64,000 nucleotides of DNA from Candidatus Iainarchaeum sp. (GTDB lineage: Archaea; Iainarchaeota; Iainarchaeia; Iainarchaeales; Iainarchaeaceae), in assembly GCA_016202305.1 (NCBI GenBank), contig JACQPB010000041.1:398-64397 (forward strand), read 5' to 3'. The position numbers and the translations under genes were made by a program. Under the pieces are notes generated by a model. The model did no database searches. It was not told the origin of the DNA and worked only from the letters and a program-made list of their open reading frames with translations. Positions 34,541-43,248 of the stretch are shown here, piece by piece. Positions within the stretch are counted from its first letter, which is position 1; the number at the start of each line of letters is the position of its first letter.

Positions 34541-35022
34541 GAATTACACAGAATGAACTGCTGTTCCTAGCAAAGTTCACCGCGATTTTCGCGGCCGCCG
34601 AGCTTCTGATAAATACACTCGACTTTTCATGGCTCGAAAATGCGCTCGCGGCATACGCTGCATCGCCCATCGGGCTGCAGGCATACGGGAACACCGTCAC
34701 GGCAGGCACAGGCTCCTTCGAAGTCAACGCATCATGCACGGGCCTCGTGAGCGCGAGCGTGCTCGCCGCAATAATATTCTCCCTCAGGAAGCCCGACCTG
34801 AAGGAAAAGGCCGGAATATTCCTCGGCGGCACCGCGATTCTTTTTGCGCTCAATTACTTCAGGGTGATGCTTGTGCTCCTCATAGGGAAAAACTTCGGGC
34901 CGGGAGCTGCCGAAACCGCGCACATAATATCGTGGTTCACGACATCGGCGTTCATAATAGCGCTCTGGTACCTGTTCACCAAGAGGATGACCGGCACGAA
35001 GGACTTCTCCGGCTTCCTGTGA
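34534..35022 (+). CDS. archaeosortase/exosortase-family protein (short form)
   Basis: Candidate catalytic residues occur in the expected order: Cys (NASCTGLVS), Arg (LNYFRVMLV) and His (ETAHIISWF). It is polytopic and overlaps carS by 7 nt. Confidence 0.7.
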   Translation: MVRITQNELLFLAKFTAIFAAAELLINTLDFSWLENALAAYAASPIGLQAYGNTVTAGTGSFEVNASCTGLVSASVLAAIIFSLRKPDLKEKAGIFLGGTAILFALNYFRVMLVLLIGKNFGPGAAETAHIISWFTTSAFIIALWYLFTKRMTGTKDFSGFL

Positions 35023-35056
35023 GAAAAAAGGCCCAAGGATATTCAGGCGACAGGAA

Positions 35057-35098
35057 GTGTTCTTCGGCGGGATTTTCTTAAGCCTGAACGCTGAAAAT
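35057..35098 (+). repeat. direct repeat, left copy, flanking the AbiE island
   Basis: GTGTTCTTCGGCGGGATTTTCTTAAGCCTGAACGCTGAAAAT compares with 37230..37270 GTGTTCTTCGGCGGGATATTCCTCAGCCTGAACCGGAAAAT. The first 17 nt are identical and the whole repeat is ~85% identical. Confidence 0.8.
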
Positions 35099-35310
35099 CA
35101 GGCGGAAAAAAGCTGATTCCGAATCTGCGAAAACTGCGACGGAAAAGCAAACCAACGGAAAACCCCTATGAAAATATAGGGGATCTCTTTAGCTTCTGGG
35201 TAATTAATTAATCGTGATTTAAATGAACCACGACGTGGGGGCGGCCTTCATACACGAAACCTTTGTATTCGACGCTATTGATGCCTTTTGTAAATGCCGT
35301 ATTTTGGCGG

Positions 35311-35417
35311 TGCACACTAGTGTGCATTGGCAATGCACGCTTAATGTTTTTTCTATTGCGCAATATTTGTTTCCACATGGAAACATTTTCCGTATTAAAT
35401 GTTTCTTCCAGGAAACA
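35311..35417. repeat. cluster of five dyad-symmetric elements
   Basis: The elements are TGCACACTAGTGTGCA (35311-26), GTGCATTGGCAATGCAC (35322-38), ATTGCGCAAT (35355-64), TGTTTCCACATGGAAACA (35368-85) and TGTTTC-ttccag-GAAACA (35400-17). Confidence 0.7.
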
Positions 35418-35433
35418 CTTTTGTAGTGCAGAT

Positions 35434-36186
35434 TCATGCGCTCTTGAGCCATTCTGTCACTTCCTTAGCTGTTGCCTCGTAGTCAGGGACTTGCTTGAGG
35501 AACTGCTGCAGGTCACGGTCCCAGTTTACTTGGAAGCCTGTGATTTTGCTTTCCAATTTGTCGGAGTCAAATTCTTCCTTGTAGAATCCGAATTTTTTAT
35601 TTATGGTTTGCCTGTCCAGTTTTACGTTGTTTTTGAGCAGGTACCATGTGTCGTAGAGATCTCTTGCGACAGTTCTTGTGAGAAGCGCCTGTATTTTTTC
35701 GGCAAATATTTCTTCCAGATGCAACACCATTGCAGAACTTTTTCCGAGTGAATAAGTGTCAATCACCTCTATTTCAACCGGCTTTAGCACAATGTTATCG
35801 CGGAAGCTTATGTCAAATCTTATGCTCTGCGGGTGGTTTAGTGCAGACGTGAATTTGATGGCAAGGCGAAGGCCCGCGGTAGTTTTTTCTTTCGACAATC
35901 TGAAAAAGTTTATGTCAGTGATTCTTTTGTTCTCAAAAATGGCGCGCAGTGCGCTCTCTATTTCCTCCTGAGTTGCGTTTCTGGCTGTAAAGTCGAGGTC
36001 TTCGGAGAATCTTGCATTCGCAAAATATATTTTCTTTATTGCTGTGCCGCCTTTGAAAATCAACTTGTTTTTGAGGTTTGATTGTGAAATTTCCTTGAGA
36101 ACTATTGATAGGGCATAATCCTTTTCGAGCGTAGCCTGTGGGATACCTTGTTTTGCCGACTGGCTTTTGAGGGTTTTTGCATCCAT
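35434..36186 (-). CDS. abiEii: AbiEii/AbiGii-family nucleotidyltransferase toxin (type IV TA / abortive infection)
   Basis: ..ATLEKDYALSIVLKEI..LIFKGGTAIKKIYF..RFSEDLDFTA.. matches the N-terminal signature of DUF1814/AbiEii. The gene is A/T-rich. Confidence 0.85.
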   Translation of the reverse strand: MDAKTLKSQSAKQGIPQATLEKDYALSIVLKEISQSNLKNKLIFKGGTAIKKIYFANARFSEDLDFTARNATQEEIESALRAIFENKRITDINFFRLSKEKTTAGLRLAIKFTSALNHPQSIRFDISFRDNIVLKPVEIEVIDTYSLGKSSAMVLHLEEIFAEKIQALLTRTVARDLYDTWYLLKNNVKLDRQTINKKFGFYKEEFDSDKLESKITGFQVNWDRDLQQFLKQVPDYEATAKEVTEWLKSA

Positions 36187-36966
36187 TTAGTGCACTTCCA
36201 AAAAATCCAGGAGTTCGCGTTCTGTCATGTTTATTTTAAGCCCCCATTTTTTTGAATAAGACAGAGTTTTTTTGGCAAGGTGAGGGTCGAGCCATGCAAA
36301 ACCGGCGAATTTTCCTTCGAGTTTTTTTGCATGGGGATTCAATCCTAATTGTTCCAAAATGTACCCAAGCCTTCCTTTTACAGCCGCCTTTGCTTTATTT
36401 GCCATTTCTAAGAGCTTTTCAAAATCCAGGGTCTTTCTTGAGGCATTGAGTGCCTTGGCGACTTCCGATATGCCGAGGCAATATTGGGGGAAAGCCAGTC
36501 CGTCAATTATTGTTTGCTCCCTTGAGGAAAACGCTATTTCTTCCCCGCTGATTTTTTCCACAGTGATTTCCCCAAACTCCTTTTTTTTGGTGAAGACAAA
36601 TTTTGCCCCAACAGCATTAATGGGTTTTTTCTGCCTTGTGAGTACAACATGGACTATAACGGGTATTTGTTCAGTCATGCCATAATGGTTCATCGCAGAG
36701 AGAAAGCCGATATAATAATTTTCTTTGCCAACCAGTTGTTTTGCCACCAAGAAGGCATCCTCGCTCCAATAGCCTTCTTTGCCGCTCTTCAAAGGGGCAA
36801 AAAGATAAATCCCTTTTTGCAGGGGTATGACTCTCTTTTTTTTCTTAAGCCTTTTGAGCACATTTTTGGCTGAGGCAACAGTCCCGCCTATTGCGGCTCT
36901 GGCTTGTGCAAAAGTGAAAATTGATTTTTCGTTCTCCTCGAGCCAGAATAGGAGCTTTGTTTCCAT
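36187..36966 (-). CDS. abiEi: AbiEi-family antitoxin/transcriptional regulator
   Basis: An N-terminal wHTH (..FTFAQARAAIGGTVASAKNVLKRLKKKKRVIPLQKGIYLF) plus a C-terminal AbiEi domain. It abuts abiEii with no gap. Confidence 0.8.
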   Translation of the reverse strand: METKLLFWLEENEKSIFTFAQARAAIGGTVASAKNVLKRLKKKKRVIPLQKGIYLFAPLKSGKEGYWSEDAFLVAKQLVGKENYYIGFLSAMNHYGMTEQIPVIVHVVLTRQKKPINAVGAKFVFTKKKEFGEITVEKISGEEIAFSSREQTIIDGLAFPQYCLGISEVAKALNASRKTLDFEKLLEMANKAKAAVKGRLGYILEQLGLNPHAKKLEGKFAGFAWLDPHLAKKTLSYSKKWGLKINMTERELLDFLEVH

Positions 36967-37229
36967 GCCTCCGAACCTAATTAATTTACGTATAGTCAAA
37001 GTATCGCCTAATGATACTATCAGTATATGAAATATATAAGCCTTCCGTCCACTCATATAAAAACTTAACTAAACATTAAATAGACTTTAATTTTAGTTAT
37101 ACTAAACCTTCAATTACATTAAGTTTTAGTTTCTATGGGGTTTTAGCTAAACTTTACAAGTGGCAGGAAGCATTCATAAGGGAAATCTTTGTTGTGGCAT
37201 ATGAACCGGGCAAATGCTCCCCAAGAGAC

Positions 37230-37270
37230 GTGTTCTTCGGCGGGATATTCCTCAGCCTGAACCGGAAAAT
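37230..37270 (+). repeat. direct repeat, right copy, flanking the AbiE island
   Basis: See 35057..35098. It lies ~60 nt beyond the secD stop. Confidence 0.8.
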
Positions 37271-37328
37271 ATTCCGCGGGCAAGCAGCGCGTGAATTACT
37301 CTTGATGGCCATGTGCAAGAAACCCTCT

Positions 37329-39002
37329 TCACTTCGCCTGCTGCTTCTCCGCACTCTTCTTGAACACGTATTCCGCGAACACGGAGAATGCCGGCCTCGT
37401 GATGAGCACGCCTATGAGCGCCCCCAGCACTGTGGCTATTGCGAAGCCCCTGAGCTTGCCGAAGCCCGTGCTGAAAATCAGCAGCGGCAGCATCGTCACA
37501 ATAGCGGTTGCCGCGGCCGCAACGATGATGAAGAGGGCCTTCTTTATCCTAGCGGAATAGCTGGTTGTGTCGGCAACTCCCTGGTCGCCCTTGCTCAACT
37601 CGTCTGTGATTATCACCTGGTGGTCAACTCCTGTGCCTATTGCCGCGAGGATGCCGGCAATGGATGAGAGGTCAAGCGTGAACCTCGTGCCGAACAGGAG
37701 CCCGGCCGCAACGCCGAGGATGATTATTATCTCGCTTGCGCACGTGACTATTATGGGCACCACGAGGCCTATGTTCCTGTAGCGCAGGAAAACCACCAGC
37801 GAAACCACCACGAGGGCGAGAAGCCCTATGATGAGCGTGACGTTGAGGAATTCCTTGCCCAACAGGGGCGAGATTGTTTCCTTGGAAATGCTCCTTATGC
37901 CAACGGGCAGAGAGCCTGTTTCCAGGAGGACGGCAGTGCCCTTGAGCTCCCTTTCGGCATCCAGGCGCGTGGCCGATGAGCCGGTTATCACTAGTTTGGA
38001 GAATATGCGCGCATTCTTCTCCTCAGCGACGTATGGGTCAAGGTTGGCTATTCCGGGGGTTACGTTTATTACCTGCCTTGCGCCCACAGCAGTCCACACC
38101 CATGGGATGGAAGGGTCCTTCTGCGGCACTTCGACAACCTTGAAGCCCAGCTGTGCGAGACTTTCCTTGGCTGCCTGCGGCAATGAAGGCGGCACGAGCG
38201 CCCTCGCGCCCTTTTCGCCCCTCTCCTTGAGCTGCTGGAGCTGCTCCGCAGTAAAAACCGCGTTCGAGTCAAGAATGTAATGCGGCAGGCCCGCATTCTG
38301 CAGAAGCTCTTCTATGGATGTCGACTGCGGAATGTTGTGGATGGTGCTGCCAACGCTCATTGCCTGCAAATCTGAAGCGTACAGCACGTCCTGCAGCACT
38401 ATGACGGCATCCGCCGGCCTGTCTATGAAGAAGTACGTCTTCTGGCAGTCGTACTGCGCCCCGGCCTTGACATCGAATGAAACTGCGGTGCACTTGTGGA
38501 AAACCTTGCGGGAAAAGTTCTCCGCGGCCCTCTGGTTCAGCACGAAAGGCAGCTGCCATTCGCTGCCGGTACCGTCAATCCCGCCGCCTCCGGCAATGCC
38601 ATAACCGTCGGCAGGGTTCCTCGAAACCGCCAGTATGTCAGAGCCCTGGAAAAGAATGCCGCCATTCAAGGTGGCCTCGAAGCGCCCCTGCGTCTTGAGA
38701 AGGGATTCGAGCTGCTCAATCCTCTTCGGGTCGGTCTCGGCTATCTGCGCCGCGATTAGGTCATCACCAAGCGCGCTCACCTTCGTGTCCTTGAGGCCGA
38801 AAGCATCAAGCCTTTCCGACACTATGGAGGTTATCGTGCCGAGCTTGTCCGCAGGCGCCTTGTCCTCAAGCTGGACCTGGAACAGGGTACCGCCCCTGAA
38901 GTCAATGCCGAAGTCTAGGCCATTGAAGAATATCGCAAAGAGCGAAAGCAGGACAAGGGCGCCGAGCAGCAGCACGCGCCAGTTCCTGAAAACTTCCCTC
39001 AT
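37329..39002 (-). CDS. secD: protein-export membrane protein SecD
   Basis: MREVFRNWRVLLLGALVLLSL.. is TM1, followed by a large extracytoplasmic domain and a C-terminal 5-TM bundle. It overlaps the upstream secF by 4 nt. Confidence 0.85.
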   Translation of the reverse strand: MREVFRNWRVLLLGALVLLSLFAIFFNGLDFGIDFRGGTLFQVQLEDKAPADKLGTITSIVSERLDAFGLKDTKVSALGDDLIAAQIAETDPKRIEQLESLLKTQGRFEATLNGGILFQGSDILAVSRNPADGYGIAGGGGIDGTGSEWQLPFVLNQRAAENFSRKVFHKCTAVSFDVKAGAQYDCQKTYFFIDRPADAVIVLQDVLYASDLQAMSVGSTIHNIPQSTSIEELLQNAGLPHYILDSNAVFTAEQLQQLKERGEKGARALVPPSLPQAAKESLAQLGFKVVEVPQKDPSIPWVWTAVGARQVINVTPGIANLDPYVAEEKNARIFSKLVITGSSATRLDAERELKGTAVLLETGSLPVGIRSISKETISPLLGKEFLNVTLIIGLLALVVVSLVVFLRYRNIGLVVPIIVTCASEIIIILGVAAGLLFGTRFTLDLSSIAGILAAIGTGVDHQVIITDELSKGDQGVADTTSYSARIKKALFIIVAAAATAIVTMLPLLIFSTGFGKLRGFAIATVLGALIGVLITRPAFSVFAEYVFKKSAEKQQAK

Positions 39003-40066
39003 CGTGCAGCCTCCTTCTTCTCGAAGTAAGAAAGCAGCATGGGCGCGTTCATGAGCCACGTGGCTATAATGTCGGCGAATATGCCGAATAGCAGCACCGC
39101 GGAAATCTCGAAAATCACCTGCAGCTGGCTGTAATACGAAAGCGTGAGCATCACGGCAAGGGCTGCGAGCGTGGCCATGGTCATGGTCAGGCCGGTTATC
39201 ATGGAATCATGCGCCCTCTGCCTGGCATTGGAATCCCTGCGCTTGAGGACGCGCGTGGTGAGGAGGATGTCCGTGTCAACGCTGTACCCTATCATCATGA
39301 GGAGCGCAGGTATGGTGGTAAGAGAGAGCGGCACCTGGAAAATCGCCATGCCGGCAAGCGCGCCCACAATGTCGAAAATAATCGCCGCTATTATGGCGGC
39401 AGACGGCACGAATTCCCTGAAGGATATGAAAACCACGAAAACAATCCCGAGGAAACCGAGCACTGTAACAAGCATCGCTAGGCCGAAGAAACTTTCGCCC
39501 AAGGACGGCCTTATCTCGCGCTTCTGGTACGCGATGTCGCCGCCGAGGCCGTAAGCTTCCCTTATGGTTTCCTGCAGGCCGAGCTGGAACGACTCCTCGG
39601 CCTTGCCAAGAGCGGTGCCGGCGGCGGCAACAGCATCTGCAGGACTGAGAACAGCGGCATCATCGACCGCGTGATACTTCGCGGAATACGCAATTGACTG
39701 GAGCGCGAGCGACTTGGCATTCTCTGGGTCTGCGGCAAGGGAAGAGCGGGCGCTCTCAAACAGCCTCGAAGCCTCGCCGAGCCCCTTCTCCTCAAGGAAC
39801 TGTATGAAAAGGCCATTGCTCGTCGGCGAGGAAACAGAGCCTAGCTGGAGCTCGGTGAGCGAATACTTTTCCTCCAGCACCGGCCGGATGACCGCAGTGT
39901 CAAGCGCCTTGTCGGCCCTCACAATGATGTTGGTGCCACCCTTCAGGTCAATGCCCTGCTTTATCCCCGGAAAGAAGGCAATAACCACTATGAAAACTAT
40001 GAAAAGCGCCGCGGGAAGCAGCATATACCTTTTATACTCACCCTCGTAGAAATTGTTTATCTTCAT
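38999..40066 (-). CDS. secF: protein-export membrane protein SecF
   Basis: MKINNFYEGEYKRYMLLPAALFIVFIVVIAF..GIDLKGGT.. is followed by a C-terminal TM bundle with ..SVDTDILLTTRVLKRR. This is the secF-secD order I recall for archaea. Confidence 0.82.
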   Translation of the reverse strand: MKINNFYEGEYKRYMLLPAALFIVFIVVIAFFPGIKQGIDLKGGTNIIVRADKALDTAVIRPVLEEKYSLTELQLGSVSSPTSNGLFIQFLEEKGLGEASRLFESARSSLAADPENAKSLALQSIAYSAKYHAVDDAAVLSPADAVAAAGTALGKAEESFQLGLQETIREAYGLGGDIAYQKREIRPSLGESFFGLAMLVTVLGFLGIVFVVFISFREFVPSAAIIAAIIFDIVGALAGMAIFQVPLSLTTIPALLMMIGYSVDTDILLTTRVLKRRDSNARQRAHDSMITGLTMTMATLAALAVMLTLSYYSQLQVIFEISAVLLFGIFADIIATWLMNAPMLLSYFEKKEAAR

Positions 40067-40084
40067 GAAAACCAGGCAATCCGA

Positions 40085-41143
40085 ATGAAAAGGGATAAAA
40101 AACATTTAAAAAACAGCCAGCGAGAGGGCAAAGGGGCCGGGGCAAAACCGGACGAATCAAGCGCATTCCCCACCTCGGAAGAGCTCCTTGAGCAGGCATT
40201 CCGCCTATGCTCTGAACTGAGCGTGAGCAGGAGGGGCATAGCTCCGCTGAAAGTCGTCAAGAACCTGAACATACTCAAGCTGACCAGATTCGGTGAATTC
40301 CTTTATGAAAAGCTCTCAACCCTGGGCAAGCAGTTCCCGAAGATAGACTCGATGAACACATTCTACCTCGACCTCCTCGCGGTGATAGCAGACATAGGGC
40401 GCCTCAAGCAGAACCTCGCCATGCTCAACTCCTCAGCCCGCATAATAAAGAGGCTCCGCTACGAATACTCCGGAGTGATATACCGCGCGAAAACTATACC
40501 TGCAGTGAACGCCGGGCTCAAATCATTCCAGGGAAGGGCAAGCTCGGTTGTCAAGAAACTCAGGAAGCCACTCGCGGAACTCAAGGAGGACTCGAAAAAG
40601 CTCCGCGAACTCCCGGCAATAGACTTCGAAGCCCCGACAGTAGTGCTCGCGGGGTTCCCTAACGTAGGCAAGAGCACTCTCCTCAAGAGGCTCACAGGGG
40701 CCAACGCGAAGATAGCTCCGTTCCCGTTCACCACCAAGCAGATAAACACGGGCTACTACGAGCAGAACTACATAAGGGTGCAGGCCATAGACACGCCCGG
40801 CCTCCTCGACCGCGAAGAGATGAACCCCATAGAGAAGAAGGCGCTGGCCGCGCTGAACCACCTCGCGGACGCAATCGTGTTCGTACTCGACCCGACAGCA
40901 TACTCAGGGTATGGGCTAGATGCGCAGCTTTCATTACTCCAGAACACGAAAGAAAGGTTTTCCGGAAAGAAGCTGCTCGTCGTGGTGAACAAAGCTGACC
41001 TTGCGAGCGCCGAAGAAATGGCGCTGGCGGAGAAAGGCCTGGCCAGCTTTCATACCATGAATCAGGGCCAAGGCGTGGATGAAGGGGCAGAAAGCCTGAG
41101 AAAGGAAATAATGGGAATGCTCCATGCAGCCGGCCGCATTTAG
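40085..41143 (+). CDS. nog1: Nog1-family GTPase
   Basis: A helical NOG1-type N-domain is followed by VVLAGFPNVGKSTLLKRLTG, IDTPGLLDR and VVNKADL. Confidence 0.85.
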   Translation: MKRDKKHLKNSQREGKGAGAKPDESSAFPTSEELLEQAFRLCSELSVSRRGIAPLKVVKNLNILKLTRFGEFLYEKLSTLGKQFPKIDSMNTFYLDLLAVIADIGRLKQNLAMLNSSARIIKRLRYEYSGVIYRAKTIPAVNAGLKSFQGRASSVVKKLRKPLAELKEDSKKLRELPAIDFEAPTVVLAGFPNVGKSTLLKRLTGANAKIAPFPFTTKQINTGYYEQNYIRVQAIDTPGLLDREEMNPIEKKALAALNHLADAIVFVLDPTAYSGYGLDAQLSLLQNTKERFSGKKLLVVVNKADLASAEEMALAEKGLASFHTMNQGQGVDEGAESLRKEIMGMLHAAGRI

Positions 41144-41432
41144 GCACCGGAAACCCACTTCAGGCAAAACAGCACCAGGTATGGGCAGCCAGCCACAAAA
41201 CCAAAAAGCCAAATTGCCATCGAAGCCCCACTTGGCCCCCCGCACCCATTTATATTAATTTGGGGGCAACCTTATTTCAAGCGGTTTGAACTATCCGCGG
41301 TTTTGTCTGCCGGCCATTGAACGGCCGCTGATTTTAGAGGCATGTGGCCTTTGGGCCATATACAGCAGGGAACCGCATCTGGCTCGCAACCGCCTTTCAT
41401 TGCATTGTTTGAACAATCAGGTGTGTGGGAGC

Positions 41433-41711
41433 ATGAACGTCGCTGGATTGAAAGAACAGATAGAATGCGCCATTGAGTTGCTGGATAGTATCATGGATGA
41501 CACCACTGTGCCGCGCAACATAAGGAAGGCATGCGAGGACGCAAAGCTCAAGATGAGCGGGCCGGAACAGGACATCAGCGTTAACGTATCCACCGCAATC
41601 TACCTAATGGAGGACATCAGCAATGACATCAATATGCCGGCGCACACCCGCACCGAGATATGGACCATAATTTCAGAGCTTGAGGCAATAAGGGAAAAAT
41701 GCAAGGGATGA
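41433..41711 (+). CDS. UPF0147-family protein
   Basis: ..LLDSIMDDTTVPRNIRKACEDAK..AIYLMEDISNDINMPAHTRTEIWTIISELEAI matches the pattern I recall for UPF0147. The start is taken at ATG 41433. Confidence 0.8.
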   Translation: MNVAGLKEQIECAIELLDSIMDDTTVPRNIRKACEDAKLKMSGPEQDISVNVSTAIYLMEDISNDINMPAHTRTEIWTIISELEAIREKCKG

Positions 41712-41712
41712 A

Positions 41713-43248
41713 ATGCCATCAAAGACGGGCGCGCTTCTCGGCTCAAAGAGCAAGGAAATAATCGAATTCTGCAGCTCAAGGGAACAGCTCATTGACCGGG
41801 AGTCCCTCGAACTGCTCTCCGCAGAGGAGCACTGGAAGCAAGTGCTTGAACAGATATCATCGCCCATGGTGACAGCCAAGGAAGTGAAGCAGTGCCTCGT
41901 GAAGCACAATTCGAAACTCGGCGAGATGATGATGGAAACCGTGGTGAAGCGCGGCTCGTTCACGGCCACGGCGAAAGAAACGGCAGGGAGATTCAGGGTA
42001 ATGAAGGAGCTTGAGGCCGGAGGAAAGGGCGCGAGCGAAGGCAAGCTCAAGGATTTCAAGGAATATTTCATGGACAAGTACACGTTCCTCTCCTCGCTGC
42101 TCTCCCACCGGACGGGCTTCGCGCCTAAAACTTTCGACCGCCTCAAGGATCTCCCGAAGTATGCCGAAGCCGACATAATAGGCATGGTAATGAAGAAATG
42201 GGTGAGCAAGAACGGCAACACCACTATAGAGGTCGACAGCCCGGACGGAAGATGCATAGTGATTGTCTCCAAGGAAGACCTCGAGACAAACCGCGATGCA
42301 GACAGGATACTCCTTGACGACGTAATCGGGGTCAAGGGCAAGAAGTTCTCTGACGAGGTCATAATTGCGAAGCGCTTCCTATGGCCAGACATCATGCAGA
42401 GGACGCCGAAGAATGCCGACACTGACCTGAGCGCCGCTCTCATTTCTGACATACATGTCGGAAGCAAGCTCTTCATGGAAAAGGAATTCTCAAGATTCAT
42501 AGCATGGCTCAACGGCAGCGTTGCCTCCGAGTCGGAGAAGCGGCACATGGGAAAAATCAAGTACCTCTTCATAGCCGGCGACAACGTGGACGGCGTCGGC
42601 ATCTACCCCGAGCAGTTCGATGAGCTCGAGATAAAGGACGTCTATGCGCAGTACGACAGGCTGTCAGAACTGATACTGCAGATACCAGAGTACATAGAAA
42701 TTTTCATAGCCCCGGGGCAGCATGACGCGGTGAGGAGGGCCGACCCGCAGCCCGCAATACAGCATGAATTCGTGAAAGGGATTTCATCAGCTGGAAACGT
42801 GCATTTCATAGGCTCGCCAGGATGGGTGGAGGCGGAAGGCCTGAAATTCATGGTGTACCACGGCGCGTCAATGCATGACATGATTGCGGCAACCAAGCAC
42901 CTCAAATACACGGAACCGGAAAAAGCCATGATAGAGCTGCTGCGCAGGCGCGACCTCTCCACAGGCTTCGGCCTCACCCAGCCATATGTGCCGGAGAGGC
43001 ATGACTACATGGTCATAAGGGAGGAACCTGACTTCTATTTCGGCGGAGACATGCACATCAAGGGCTATGCCCAATACAGGGGATGCCTCGTGGCCAATGC
43101 AGGATGCTGGCAGAGCAGAACAGACTTCCAGGTGAAGCAAGGGCTGCAGCCAACACCCGGAATATGCATAGACATAAACCTCAAGACCAGGAAGCTGACG
43201 GAGAACAATTTTGCAAGGAGCGGAAACGATGGAGCAGATAGCGGCTGA
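41713..43248 (+). CDS. dp1: DNA polymerase D small subunit (DP1)
   Basis: Calcineurin-like phosphoesterase motifs are present: LISDIHVGS, FIAGDNVDGVGIYP, APGQHDA, YHGAS and GGDMH. An N-terminal OB region is also present. Confidence 0.92.
   Translation: MPSKTGALLGSKSKEIIEFCSSREQLIDRESLELLSAEEHWKQVLEQISSPMVTAKEVKQCLVKHNSKLGEMMMETVVKRGSFTATAKETAGRFRVMKELEAGGKGASEGKLKDFKEYFMDKYTFLSSLLSHRTGFAPKTFDRLKDLPKYAEADIIGMVMKKWVSKNGNTTIEVDSPDGRCIVIVSKEDLETNRDADRILLDDVIGVKGKKFSDEVIIAKRFLWPDIMQRTPKNADTDLSAALISDIHVGSKLFMEKEFSRFIAWLNGSVASESEKRHMGKIKYLFIAGDNVDGVGIYPEQFDELEIKDVYAQYDRLSELILQIPEYIEIFIAPGQHDAVRRADPQPAIQHEFVKGISSAGNVHFIGSPGWVEAEGLKFMVYHGASMHDMIAATKHLKYTEPEKAMIELLRRRDLSTGFGLTQPYVPERHDYMVIREEPDFYFGGDMHIKGYAQYRGCLVANAGCWQSRTDFQVKQGLQPTPGICIDINLKTRKLTENNFARSGNDGADSG

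Noticed and set aside
37194-37667. 157-aa plus-strand ORF that begins in the right direct repeat and runs antisense into secD.
   Set aside because: It is mostly antisense to secD with low-complexity sequence. Only the 11 codons inside the repeat are notable, and these are discussed in the island finding.
41311-41327. T-arm-like hairpin (on the minus strand, CGGCC-GTTCAAT-GGCCG) suggesting a tRNA.
   Set aside because: No acceptor, D or anticodon arms can be built around it on either strand.
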